The notes: a model not told the origin generated them from the letters alone. Counted from the first letter of the stretch, positions 9,549 through 17,949 are shown. The stretch: 64,000 nucleotides of DNA from Candidatus Omnitrophota bacterium (GCA_041649115.1 JBAZNT010000001.1:140325-204324), one strand, 5' to 3'. A program made the numbers and translations.

Positions 9549-10804
9549 AGGGGCTCCCGAGCGGCAAGATCGGAATCGTTAGTCTCGGCTGTCCCCGCAA
9601 TCTGGTAGATGCTGAAGCCATGCTGGGCAGGTTACGGGTAAAGGGGTATTCGGTGGTGGATATCCATAAGGCCGATGTCGGCATCGTCAATACCTGCGCT
9701 TTTATCGAAGATGCCAAGGCCGAGTCTATCAACGCCATCCTTGACCTGATTGAGCTGAAGAAAGAGGGCAGGCTTAAGAAGGTTATCGTTTCAGGGTGCC
9801 TCCCGCAGCGCTATAAAAAGGAATTAATCAGGGAGTTGCCCGAGGTGGATGCCTTCATAGGCGCCCCGGCGCTCGATCATTATGCGCAGCGGTTTCCGAT
9901 AACGCCGGCCCACTACGCCTATCTTAAGATCTGCGAGGGCTGTATCAGCAATTGCAGTTATTGCGCTATACCGCGGATAAAGGGTAGGCTTAGAAGCCTT
10001 GAGCCCGCAGATGTCCTGGCAAAGGTAGAGGCATTAAACCGTCAGGGTATAGCAGAGCTTAACGTTATCGGACAGGACACCACCGGCTACGGAATGGATC
10101 TGTACGGCTCGCCGCAGTTGGGTCGCATCCTGAAAGGAATAGTTAAAAAAAGCACTGCTATCGGATGGCTGAGGTTGCTTTATCTCTATCCTAGCCGGGT
10201 CAGCGAAGAGGTGCTTGATATTATAAGAGGAGAGGAGAAGGTCTGCAGGTATCTGGATCTTCCTCTGCAGCACATTAACGACCGCATCCTTAAGCTGATG
10301 CGGCGTAATACCAAAAAGAAGGATATCATGCGCCTAATAAAAAACGTGCGCAGCAGGATACCGGATGTAGCAATACGCACTTCTCTGCTTGTGGGGTTTC
10401 CTTCGGAAACGGATAAAGAATTCAGGGAATTGCTGGATTTCGTCAAAGAGGTAAAATTTGAAAGGCTGGGAGTCTTTGCCTATTCGTGCGAAGAAGGTAC
10501 GCCCGCCGCAGGGCTCGGAGGGCAGCTTCCGCAGAAGATAAAAGAAGAACGGCTGGGGGCCGTGATGTCTCTGCAGCAGGAGATTTCATCCGGGTTGAAC
10601 CGGGAATTTTTAGGGAAAATAATCAAGGTGTTAATCGATGAAAAGGACAGCGATGGTATCTACCTTGGGCGCAGCCAGTATGATGCGCCGGAGGTCGACG
10701 GCCTGGTTTACGTAAGGTCTAGGAAGCCGTTAAGAGCCGGCGATTTTGCCGATGTCAGGATCACGGATACCTTGGAGTACGATTTAACAGGGGAGGTTGT
10801 TTAA
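9545..10804 (+). CDS. rimO: Ribosomal protein S12 methylthiotransferase RimO
   Basis: UPF0004 N-domain SLGCPRNLVDAE, radical SAM CISNCSYC, and a C-terminal TRAM domain. 419 aa. Confidence 0.88.
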   Translation: MKGLPSGKIGIVSLGCPRNLVDAEAMLGRLRVKGYSVVDIHKADVGIVNTCAFIEDAKAESINAILDLIELKKEGRLKKVIVSGCLPQRYKKELIRELPEVDAFIGAPALDHYAQRFPITPAHYAYLKICEGCISNCSYCAIPRIKGRLRSLEPADVLAKVEALNRQGIAELNVIGQDTTGYGMDLYGSPQLGRILKGIVKKSTAIGWLRLLYLYPSRVSEEVLDIIRGEEKVCRYLDLPLQHINDRILKLMRRNTKKKDIMRLIKNVRSRIPDVAIRTSLLVGFPSETDKEFRELLDFVKEVKFERLGVFAYSCEEGTPAAGLGGQLPQKIKEERLGAVMSLQQEISSGLNREFLGKIIKVLIDEKDSDGIYLGRSQYDAPEVDGLVYVRSRKPLRAGDFADVRITDTLEYDLTGEVV

Positions 10805-10805
10805 G

Positions 10806-11384
10806 ATGAACATTGCAAACCGTCTTACCGTTTTAAGGATTATCCTGACCTTCGTATTCATGTTTTTTCTGTTTTGTCACGGTCTCTGGGCCAAGACCCT
10901 AAGCCTCCTTATCTTTATTTTTGCAGCGCTTTCGGATTTCTTTGACGGCAGGATAGCGCAGAAGAAAAACATGGTTACGGATTTCGGAAGGCTGATGGAT
11001 CCCATTGCCGATAAGGTCCTGGTTCTGGCGGCGTTTGCGGCATTCGTACAGATGCAGCTTATTGATGCCTGGATGTTCGTGATCATCATTTTCCGCGAGA
11101 TACTCATTACGTCCTTGAGGCTATTCGCGCTGAACAAGGGGAAGGTATTGTCGGCAGGAAAGGCGGGAAAGCATAAGACATTCTCGCAGATGTCGGTGAT
11201 CTTCTTTATATTGCTTTTTATCATATTAAAAGAGACGATGCTGGCTTTCTTCACCTGGAATCCCGCCTGGGAGAAACTATTTAGCCGCAGCATATACGTC
11301 CTGATGCTCATGACTGTTGTGCTGACGCTTTATTCCGGGCTTTCCTACCTTTGGGAGAATCGCAAGGTCATCGCTAAATTATAA
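10806..11384 (+). CDS. pgsA: CDP-diacylglycerol--glycerol-3-phosphate 3-phosphatidyltransferase
   Basis: CDP-alcohol phosphatidyltransferase motif DFFDGRIAQKKNMVTDFGRLMDPIADK. I prefer the ATG at 10806 (GGAGG at 10792-10796) to the TTG at 10797 used in the ORF track. Confidence 0.88.
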   Translation: MNIANRLTVLRIILTFVFMFFLFCHGLWAKTLSLLIFIFAALSDFFDGRIAQKKNMVTDFGRLMDPIADKVLVLAAFAAFVQMQLIDAWMFVIIIFREILITSLRLFALNKGKVLSAGKAGKHKTFSQMSVIFFILLFIILKETMLAFFTWNPAWEKLFSRSIYVLMLMTVVLTLYSGLSYLWENRKVIAKL

Positions 11385-11388
11385 TTCT

Positions 11389-11859
11389 ATGACGAGAATC
11401 CCGGCATTTTTTATAAAGACGGCGGCTACCTTTTTGGGCTTGGGCTATCTGCCTTTTATGCCCGGGACATTTGCCAGCATTGCCGGGTTTTTAATATTTA
11501 TCTTAATCGGGGCCAACAGCACGGCGTATCTCCTGGTTGCTGCCGCAATATTGGCTGTGGGTTTTTTCTCCTGCGGCAGGGCAGAAGAGATGTTTGGACG
11601 CAAGGATTCCTCTCGTATCGTGATAGACGAAGTGGCGGGGATGCTGGTAGCGCTGATTTGTATTCCTTATGATTTGAAGATAGCGGTTCTGGCCCTTGTA
11701 TTATTCAGGATCCTGGATATTGTCAAACCCTTCCCTGCCAACGGCCTCCAGCGTCTCCGCGGCAGCCTCGGAGTCATGGCCGATGATATCGTAGCCGGAT
11801 TATACACAAATTTTATCCTTCAGCTGGTTTTGAGGTTTGCCTTCTTGAGGCGTTCGTAG
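11389..11859 (+). CDS. pgpA: Phosphatidylglycerophosphatase A
   Basis: 156 aa. Contains GLGYLPFMPGTFAS...VIDEVAGM...FRILDIVKPFP, typical of PgpA. Confidence 0.88.
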   Translation: MTRIPAFFIKTAATFLGLGYLPFMPGTFASIAGFLIFILIGANSTAYLLVAAAILAVGFFSCGRAEEMFGRKDSSRIVIDEVAGMLVALICIPYDLKIAVLALVLFRILDIVKPFPANGLQRLRGSLGVMADDIVAGLYTNFILQLVLRFAFLRRS

Positions 11860-12392
11860 AGCGGGCCCTGCGGCGTGAGGGTGCTTTTGATTAAGAAGAC
11901 CTTCGAGGACCTAAACTCTAGTTTTTTCTCCTGAGGCATGAGCCGGCAGTCGTTTAGGCATTGAATAAGCGAGGTCATATTCAGAACGGACCTGGTCCTT
12001 GCGATGGTAAGGTGCGGGGAGAATTCTTTTTTTTCTTTCGGTATCCCGAAAAGAGAGATTCTTTCGTCGAGTTGCGCTGCCAGTCGCGTCGCCTCCTGGG
12101 CCCCGCGACTTAAACCTACCCATATTATCCGCGGAGAGCTCAGCCGCGGGAAAGCCCCCAGTTCTCCCAGCGCGATAATAAAGTCGTCCTGGAGAGAGCA
12201 TATTTCTTCCATCGCCTCCCCGACCTGCCCTGCCTGTTCATCGCCTATCTCTCCGAGGAATTTCAGGGTAAGATGGATATTCTCTGGCTCGACCCACTTT
12301 ACGTCCGCGCCGGACCTGCGCAGTTTATCCTGCAGGGCCCCTAGAAAAACCTTGATTTCGGCAGGGACTTCAATTGCGAGGAAGGCGCGCAT
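11820..12392 (-). CDS. thpR: RNA 2',3'-cyclic phosphodiesterase (2H phosphoesterase, LigT/ThpR)
   Basis: Two HxTx motifs (HLTLKFLG and HLTIAR). 190 aa. Its 3' end overlaps the pgpA 3' end convergently by 40 nt. Confidence 0.85.
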   Translation of the reverse strand: MRAFLAIEVPAEIKVFLGALQDKLRRSGADVKWVEPENIHLTLKFLGEIGDEQAGQVGEAMEEICSLQDDFIIALGELGAFPRLSSPRIIWVGLSRGAQEATRLAAQLDERISLFGIPKEKKEFSPHLTIARTRSVLNMTSLIQCLNDCRLMPQEKKLEFRSSKVFLIKSTLTPQGPLYERLKKANLKTS

Positions 12393-12862
12393 TATTTAAT
12401 GATGGTCTCCAGGAGTTTGAGGGATTCCAGGGCCGCCATTTTTCTTACGGCGTTTCGGCTTGAGCGGAAGGTAAATTTACGCCAGACTGTCCGCTCTTTG
12501 CCTGATACCGCAATGAATACCGTTCCTACCGGTTTGCCGCGGGTTGCGCCAGACGGTCCCGCAATCCCGGTGATGCCGATCCCTAAATCAGCACGGATAA
12601 TACTGCGTACGTTTTGCGCCATCATTACCGCTATTTCTTTCGAGACAGCTCCTTTGGCAGAGATAAGGCGGTGCGGGATATTCAGGAGAGATTCTTTGGT
12701 TTTGTTGCTGTAGGCGCTTATTCCCATAAGGAAATATCTGGAACTGCCGGGATAACGGGTGATTAGATAGGAAACCAGCCCTGCGGTACATGATTCTGCG
12801 ACAGCCAGGGTTTGGTTCTTTTTAAGGAGCAGGCTGTGTATCCTGCGTGTCGGATCTCTCAT
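12392..12862 (-). CDS. pncC: CinA-family C-terminal domain protein (nicotinamide-nucleotide amidohydrolase PncC-like)
   Basis: Contains LAVAESCTAGLVSYL...GAVSKEIAVMMA...GITGIAGPSG. The ORF track starts at a TTG at 12898; I prefer the ATG at 12862 (MRDPTRR...). The stop overlaps the thpR ATG (TAATG). Confidence 0.85.
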   Translation of the reverse strand: MRDPTRRIHSLLLKKNQTLAVAESCTAGLVSYLITRYPGSSRYFLMGISAYSNKTKESLLNIPHRLISAKGAVSKEIAVMMAQNVRSIIRADLGIGITGIAGPSGATRGKPVGTVFIAVSGKERTVWRKFTFRSSRNAVRKMAALESLKLLETIIK

Positions 12863-12891
12863 GAGGAGTATTATAAGAGTTTTTAAAGCTA

Positions 12892-12919
12892 TTGACAAGC
12901 GCAGTTTTTCTGTTAAAAT
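12892..12919 (+). promoter_or_regulatory. Sigma70-type promoter of the rib operon
   Basis: TTGACA (12892-12897), 16-nt spacer, TAAAAT (12914-12919), directly upstream of the FMN aptamer. Confidence 0.55.
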
Positions 12920-12927
12920 ACTTTCAT

Positions 12928-13200
12928 TAATCTTCGGGGCAAGGTGACCCGCCTCTTAGAGGCGGATATTCCTGACCGGCGGTAGCGTAGAAACGCACAC
13001 CGATTCGTCGTTTTGAATCGGGTGTTAGCGCAGAAGCGCATACTAATCCATCATTTTGGATTAGGTGTTAGCGCGAAGAACGCATTCCAGTCTATCTTTA
13101 GATTGGATATAAAGCCCGCGAGCCTCCGCGTTAATATCGGCGGAGGCGGACCTGGCGGAATTCCAGGGCCGATGGTAAAGTCCAGATGGGAGAAGATGAG
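12928..13200 (+). promoter_or_regulatory. FMN riboswitch (RFN element), unusually long aptamer
   Basis: The conserved RFN core strings are present in order: CUUCGGGGCAAGGUGA...AUAUUCCUGACCGGCGGUA...AAAGCCCGCGAGCC...GGACCUGGCGGAAUUCCAGGGCCGAUGGUAAAGUCCAGAUGGGAGAAGAUGAG. It lies directly upstream of ribBA and is followed by an intrinsic terminator. Confidence 0.9.
12982..13110 (+). repeat. Three tandem ~43-nt two-hairpin modules inserted in the P3 arm of the FMN riboswitch
   Basis: Units lie at about 12982-13023, 13024-13066 and 13067-13110. Each has GCGy-AGAA-rCGC plus a 7-bp hairpin: CCGATTC/GAATCGG, CTAATCC/GGATTAG, CCAGTCT/AGATTGG. The stems differ in sequence but keep their pairing. Confidence 0.8.
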
Positions 13201-13212
13201 GAGAATTTTTTT

Positions 13213-13240
13213 ACCCGAAGATCATCTCTTCGGGTTTTTT
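13213..13240 (+). terminator. Riboswitch expression-platform intrinsic terminator
   Basis: ACCCGAAGA (13213-13221), loop TCATC, TCTTCGGGT (13227-13235), then TTTTT. It ends 17 nt before the ribBA ATG. Confidence 0.85.
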
Positions 13241-13256
13241 AATAGGCAGGTGATAA

Positions 13257-14471
13257 ATGTTAAACCCCATAACTGAAATAATCAAGGACCTCAAAGAAGG
13301 CAGGATGGTAATCGTGGTTGATGACGAGGACCGCGAGAACGAAGGGGACCTTATGATGGCCGCCTCTTTTGCCAGGGCCGAGCACATAAATTTCATGGTA
13401 AAATACGGCCGTGGAATACTATGCTTCCCGATGGAGGAGGAGAGGCTTAATAAGCTGGAGCTTATGCCCATGTTTGAAGGTAAATTGCAGAAACAGGGAT
13501 ATAAGAGGGATGCGTTTTCTACCGCCTGGACGGTCTCGGTGGACGCCGCCCGGGGCGTTACAACCGGCATCTCGGCTTTTGATCGTGCCCGCACCCTTGA
13601 GGTTTTGATAGATCCCGAGACCAGGCCTGAGGACCTGGTGCGGCCGGGGCATACCTTTCCTTTGCAGTCGCGTAAAGGAGGAGTCCTGGTACGCGCCGGC
13701 CATACCGAAGCGACGGTGGATTTGATGAGGCTGGCCGGGCTCTACCCGGCGGGGGTGATATGCGAGATTATGAACGAAGATGGAAGTATGTCGCGTCTGC
13801 CGCAGCTTAAGGAGTTCGCCCGGGAACACCGGCTTAAGATATGCTCTATTGCCGACCTTATTGAGTATCGCCGGCGTTCCGAGAAACTCATTGAGCGGTT
13901 ATCAGAGACTACCTTGCCTACTGAGTTCGGCACTTACAGGCTTATTATTTACCGTGACCTCCTCAGCGGGCAGACGCACGTGGTTCTTACTATGGGAGAC
14001 TGGGAGGAAGAGGCGGTGCTGGTGCGGGTGCACTCGGAATGCCTTACCGGAGACGTTTTCGGTTCGCTGCGCTGCGATTGCGGCAGGCAGCTTAAAAAGG
14101 CAATGCAGATTATAGGCAAGGAAGGCAAGGGTGTTATCCTTTATATGAGCCAGGAAGGCCGCGGCATAGGACTGGTTGAGAAGATCCGTGCCTACAGCCT
14201 GCAGGATAAAGGGCTTGATACCGTTGAGGCAAACGAGGCACTGGGATATCAGGCTGACCTGAGGGATTATGGTATTGGGGCCCAGATACTGGCTGAGCTG
14301 GGCCTCAAGAACATACGGCTACTTACCAATAATCCGCGCAAGATTGTAGGTCTGGAGGGCTACAGCCTCAAGGTCACAGAGCGCATCCCGTTAGAGATAG
14401 AGCCTAATAGCGTTAACTACCGTTATCTAAAGACAAAGAAGGATAAGCTCGGCCACAACCTGAACATTTGA
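13257..14471 (+). CDS. ribBA: Bifunctional 3,4-dihydroxy-2-butanone-4-phosphate synthase / GTP cyclohydrolase II
   Basis: DHBP synthase motif [13 protein letters not shown]...GHTEA and GCH II motif [20 protein letters not shown]. 404 aa. Confidence 0.95.
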   Translation: MLNPITEIIKDLKEGRMVIVVDDEDRENEGDLMMAASFARAEHINFMVKYGRGILCFPMEEERLNKLELMPMFEGKLQKQGYKRDAFSTAWTVSVDAARGVTTGISAFDRARTLEVLIDPETRPEDLVRPGHTFPLQSRKGGVLVRAGHTEATVDLMRLAGLYPAGVICEIMNEDGSMSRLPQLKEFAREHRLKICSIADLIEYRRRSEKLIERLSETTLPTEFGTYRLIIYRDLLSGQTHVVLTMGDWEEEAVLVRVHSECLTGDVFGSLRCDCGRQLKKAMQIIGKEGKGVILYMSQEGRGIGLVEKIRAYSLQDKGLDTVEANEALGYQADLRDYGIGAQILAELGLKNIRLLTNNPRKIVGLEGYSLKVTERIPLEIEPNSVNYRYLKTKKDKLGHNLNI

Positions 14472-14480
14472 CGGTCCGGA

Positions 14481-14541
14481 GTTGTTTAACTAACGTTACG
14501 CCCAACGCTAAGTGGAATTGTGTTGGCGTTGTTTAACTAAC
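14481..14541 (+). repeat. Perfect 14-nt direct repeat flanking an imperfect hairpin in the ribBA-ribH spacer
   Basis: GTTGTTTAACTAAC occurs at 14481-14494 and 14528-14541. Between the copies, ACGCCCAAC...GTTGGCGT can pair. The second copy abuts the ribH RBS (AAAGGAGGG). Confidence 0.7.
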
Positions 14542-14554
14542 AAAGGAGGGAAAG

Positions 14555-15022
14555 ATGGTAAAGGTTATTGAGGGAAATCTTATTGCTAAAGGCAGGAGAT
14601 TTGCGATCGTCGCTTCCCGCTTCAACGATTTTATCACTAAGGAACTGGTTGCGGGTTGCCTTGATGCACTTACCCGCCACGGAGCAGAGGATAGCGCCAT
14701 TTCGCTTACCTGGGTTCCCGGGGCATTCGAGATACCCGCCGTAGCGGCAAGACTTGCCAGGTCCAAGTCTTACGATGCATTGATATGTCTGGGTACGGTA
14801 ATACGCGGAGCAACCCCGCATTTTGAATACGTGGCATCCGAGGTTTCCAAGGGCGTAGCGCGCCTGTCGCAGGATACCGGATTGCCGGTTATATTCGGCA
14901 TTATTACCGCCGATACCATCGAGCAGGCGATTGAGCGCGCCGGGACAAAAGACGGAAATAAAGGCCGCGATGCCGCATTGAACGCCATAGAGATGGCAAA
15001 CCTTATGGATAAGGTGAAATAG
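14555..15022 (+). CDS. ribH: 6,7-dimethyl-8-ribityllumazine synthase
   Basis: Contains [28 protein letters not shown] and TPHFEYV. 155 aa. Confidence 0.95.
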   Translation: MVKVIEGNLIAKGRRFAIVASRFNDFITKELVAGCLDALTRHGAEDSAISLTWVPGAFEIPAVAARLARSKSYDALICLGTVIRGATPHFEYVASEVSKGVARLSQDTGLPVIFGIITADTIEQAIERAGTKDGNKGRDAALNAIEMANLMDKVK

Positions 15023-15436
15023 ATGCGCAAACGCACCCAGTCCCGCGAATTTGCCCTGCAGCTTCTTTATCAAATTGACATCAGCGGAGACAAAGATTGC
15101 GATGCCGCCTTGAATAATCTCTGGGAAAGGCAGGAGAAGGATACGGCTGCTGACGTGAAGGATTTTGCGGCCGAGCTCTTCCGGGGAGTGGTTGCAAATC
15201 TTAAAGAGATAGATTCCAGGATTGCTCAATATGCCAGCAATTGGCAGATCGGGCGCATGGCAGTAGTAGACCGCAATATCCTGCGCCTTGCGAGTTATGA
15301 GCTCATCTTCCGCGACGATATCCCGCCGAAGGTTTCCATCAATGAAGCAATTGAGCTGGCAAAGAAGTATTCTGGCCCGGAGGCCGCTAAATTTGTCAAC
15401 GGCATCCTGGATAAGGTCAAATCGGAGAAAAAATGA
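15023..15436 (+). CDS. nusB: Transcription antitermination factor NusB
   Basis: Contains RSREFALQLLYQ...VDRNILRLASYEL...INEAIELAK. It starts immediately after the ribH stop. Confidence 0.92.
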   Translation: MRKRTQSREFALQLLYQIDISGDKDCDAALNNLWERQEKDTAADVKDFAAELFRGVVANLKEIDSRIAQYASNWQIGRMAVVDRNILRLASYELIFRDDIPPKVSINEAIELAKKYSGPEAAKFVNGILDKVKSEKK

Positions 15437-16266
15437 TGAGGACAGCCGACCTGCATCTTCATACCTGTTTCTCCGACGGTACCTATACGCCCGAGGAACT
15501 GGTAAGAGAGGCCTCAAGGAGCGAACTTTCCTGCATCGCGATAGCGGACCACGATACGGTTGAGGCTATAGAGCCGGCCTTGGCAGCGGCTAAATCCAGG
15601 GAACTGGAGGTTATCCCCGCGATAGAGCTGACCGCTGACTACGGAGGAAACGAGTTGCATATCCTGGGTTACCTTTTTGACCATAAGAACAAATTCCTGC
15701 AGGAGAGACTTTCCTCCTTGAAGTCCGACCGTGCCGAGAGGATGCAGAAGATTCTTTCCAAATTGCGGGATAACGGGGTAATCCTGGAGGCCGAGGACGT
15801 CTTTAGCTTTTCTCGGGTCGGCACAGTCGGAAGGCTGCATATTGCGCAGGCAATGGTAAAACGGGGGATTGTGAATTCTACGCAGGAGGCCTTTCAGAGA
15901 TATATCGGAGACAAGTCACCGGCCTATGTCTCGGGTTTCCGCTCTTCGCCTCAGGAGGCGATCGCGCTCATACGCCGGACCGGCGGCATCGCGGTATTGG
16001 CGCATCCTTATACCTTAAGCCGCGATGAAATGCTGACGCAGCTTCTTGAATGGGGGCTCCAGGGGCTGGAGGCGTATTATCCCGAACACAGCCAGTCGCA
16101 GGTCAACTTCTACCTGAAGTACGCCCAGGAGCACAATCTTCTCGTTACGGGAGGTTCGGATTGCCACGGGGATGCCAAGCCCGAAGTGCGCATCGGAACC
16201 TTTAGGATTCCTTACGCATTGGTAGAGAAATTAAAAGAGGCCAAGAGGTTAGCTGATGGCAGATAA
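15433..16266 (+). CDS. PHP-domain metal-dependent phosphoesterase (TrpH/YciV-like)
   Basis: Contains ADLHLHTCFSDGT...IAIADHD...LHILGY...LAHP...GGSDCHG, the PHP His/Asp ligand pattern. ATGA overlap with nusB and 11-nt overlap with ribD. Confidence 0.85.
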   Translation: MMRTADLHLHTCFSDGTYTPEELVREASRSELSCIAIADHDTVEAIEPALAAAKSRELEVIPAIELTADYGGNELHILGYLFDHKNKFLQERLSSLKSDRAERMQKILSKLRDNGVILEAEDVFSFSRVGTVGRLHIAQAMVKRGIVNSTQEAFQRYIGDKSPAYVSGFRSSPQEAIALIRRTGGIAVLAHPYTLSRDEMLTQLLEWGLQGLEAYYPEHSQSQVNFYLKYAQEHNLLVTGGSDCHGDAKPEVRIGTFRIPYALVEKLKEAKRLADGR

Positions 16267-17356
16267 ACCTGGAAGCATCCATCAAGAATATATGGCGTCG
16301 GCTTTAAGATTAGCGCTAAAAGCCAAGGGCATGACCAGTCCTAATCCTATGGTAGGGGCGCTGGTAGTCAAAGATAAACGCATCATCTCCCAGGGGTACC
16401 ATGAAAAGGCAGGGCTTGCGCATGCCGAGATTGTGGCTTTGGATAAAGCAGGCGAGAAGGCCCGCGGCGGGAGCCTTTATGTTACGCTGGAGCCATGCAC
16501 CCATTTTGGCAAGACCCCTCCCTGCGTGGACAGGATTATCAAAAGCGGCATCAAAGAGGTCTTTATAGGCATGATTGACCCTAACCCCCTGAATAACGGC
16601 AGGGGGGTAGAGATGCTCCGGCAGCACCGCATCAAGGTTCATGCCGGTATATTAGAGGGGAGGATTAGAAAAACAAACGAGGTCTTTATAAAATACATCA
16701 CTAAAAAACTCCCCTTTATTACGGTTAAGATCGCAGAATCGCTTGACGGCAGGATTGCCACCCGTAGCGGAGATTCCAAATGGATAACGTCCGATAAAGC
16801 CAGGTTATATGCCCATCGCATCAGGGCGGATTACGATGCCGTTGCAATGGGCGTGAATACCGTTTTGCGCGATAATCCCAAGATGGACGCTTGGTTTTCT
16901 AAAAGGCAGCCGGTTAAGGTCGTGGTGGATAGCCAGTTAAGCACCCCGCAGGATGCCGATATCTTCTTGCACTGCACCAAAGTGATAATAGTAACCCTGC
17001 CGGTGAGATCCGGTCAAGAGACCGAAAACAGAAAGATACTCTCCCGACGGGCCATGATACTTGAGGTCAGGGAAAAGGCAGGGCAGGTTAATCTTAAGGA
17101 TATGATGAAGAAACTCGCAAGGCTTGGAATAACCAATCTTCTGGTAGAAGGAGGAGGGACGTTGATAGGCTCCTTATTTGACGAGGGGCTGGTGGACAAG
17201 GTGCTGTTTTTTATCAGCCCCAAGATTATCGGAGGCAAGGATGCCATCGGTTCCGTGATGGGCCGCGGCGTGAGCCGTATTGATAAGGCCCTAAGATTGC
17301 GGGATGTCAGCCTAAGGCGCATAGGAGAAGATTTTCTGGTGGAGGGTTATGTTTAG
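16256..17356 (+). CDS. ribD: Bifunctional diaminohydroxyphosphoribosylaminopyrimidine deaminase / 5-amino-6-(5-phosphoribosylamino)uracil reductase
   Basis: Deaminase motif HAEIVAL...PCTHFGKTPPC and a C-terminal RibD reductase domain (SLDGRIA...GGGTL). Confidence 0.93.
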   Translation: MADKPGSIHQEYMASALRLALKAKGMTSPNPMVGALVVKDKRIISQGYHEKAGLAHAEIVALDKAGEKARGGSLYVTLEPCTHFGKTPPCVDRIIKSGIKEVFIGMIDPNPLNNGRGVEMLRQHRIKVHAGILEGRIRKTNEVFIKYITKKLPFITVKIAESLDGRIATRSGDSKWITSDKARLYAHRIRADYDAVAMGVNTVLRDNPKMDAWFSKRQPVKVVVDSQLSTPQDADIFLHCTKVIIVTLPVRSGQETENRKILSRRAMILEVREKAGQVNLKDMMKKLARLGITNLLVEGGGTLIGSLFDEGLVDKVLFFISPKIIGGKDAIGSVMGRGVSRIDKALRLRDVSLRRIGEDFLVEGYV

Positions 17357-17930
17357 CGGGATTATCGAAGAACTGGGCGAGGTAAAGGGCCTCCTGGCCG
17401 CCGGGAGAAACAGTACCCTTGAGGTTGATGCCCGCATAGCCTCTTGCGATGTTAAGATAGGCGATAGCGTTGCCGTTAACGGTGTTTGCCTGACGCTGGT
17501 GGAGAATAACCGCACAACATTGGGTTTCCAGGTAATGCCAGAGACCTTAAGGGGCACGAACCTCAGGTATTTAAAAAGGGGCGATAAGGTTAATCTGGAG
17601 CGGGCCTTGCGGTTAGGTGACAGAGTCTCCGGGCATTTTGTATTGGGGCACGTAGATTGCATCGGTAGCATACGCCGCAAGGGGTACCGTCAAGGCAGTC
17701 TCTGTTTCCAGATTGCAGTTCCGCCGGGGCCGGCGCGGTATATATTGCCGAAGGGCTCCATTGCAGTCGACGGTATAAGCCTCACTGTAGCGGAGAAAAA
17801 ATCAACTGTTTTTAGCGTTTATCTTATTCCGCACACCGCAAAGAATACGACCCTGGGATTTAAGGGGGCATCCGGCCTGGTCAACGTTGAATTTGACATC
17901 CTTGCCAAGAAATCCGAAAGCGTACCTTAA
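17349..17930 (+). CDS. ribE: Riboflavin synthase (alpha chain)
   Basis: MFSGIIEELGEV N-terminus with an internal duplication (GDSVAVNGVCLT / GSIAVDGISLT). Confidence 0.93.
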   Translation: MFSGIIEELGEVKGLLAAGRNSTLEVDARIASCDVKIGDSVAVNGVCLTLVENNRTTLGFQVMPETLRGTNLRYLKRGDKVNLERALRLGDRVSGHFVLGHVDCIGSIRRKGYRQGSLCFQIAVPPGPARYILPKGSIAVDGISLTVAEKKSTVFSVYLIPHTAKNTTLGFKGASGLVNVEFDILAKKSESVP

Positions 17931-17949
17931 AGTTATGTTAACTTAAGGA

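Noticed and set aside
12982-13110. Three tandem ~43-nt repeats considered as a CRISPR array or minisatellite.
   Set aside because: There are only three contiguous units with no spacers. They are embedded between conserved FMN riboswitch core segments, and the units have diverged with compensatory changes. I report them as an RNA structural insertion instead.
13013-13276. 87-aa + strand ORF upstream of ribBA.
   Set aside because: It is made up of the FMN riboswitch aptamer and its terminator. It has no RBS and runs through conserved RNA core sequence.
14537-15517. 326-aa minus-strand ORF, one of the longest antisense ORFs in the track. Similar cases are 19212-19853, 25733-26332, 42845-43390 and 61275-61841.
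   Set aside because: Each lies entirely antisense to a confidently identified + strand gene (ribH/nusB, ligA, nrnA/ribF, ftsA, aminotransferase). They have low-complexity Arg/Ser/Pro-rich translations and no recognisable motifs. They are shadow ORFs.
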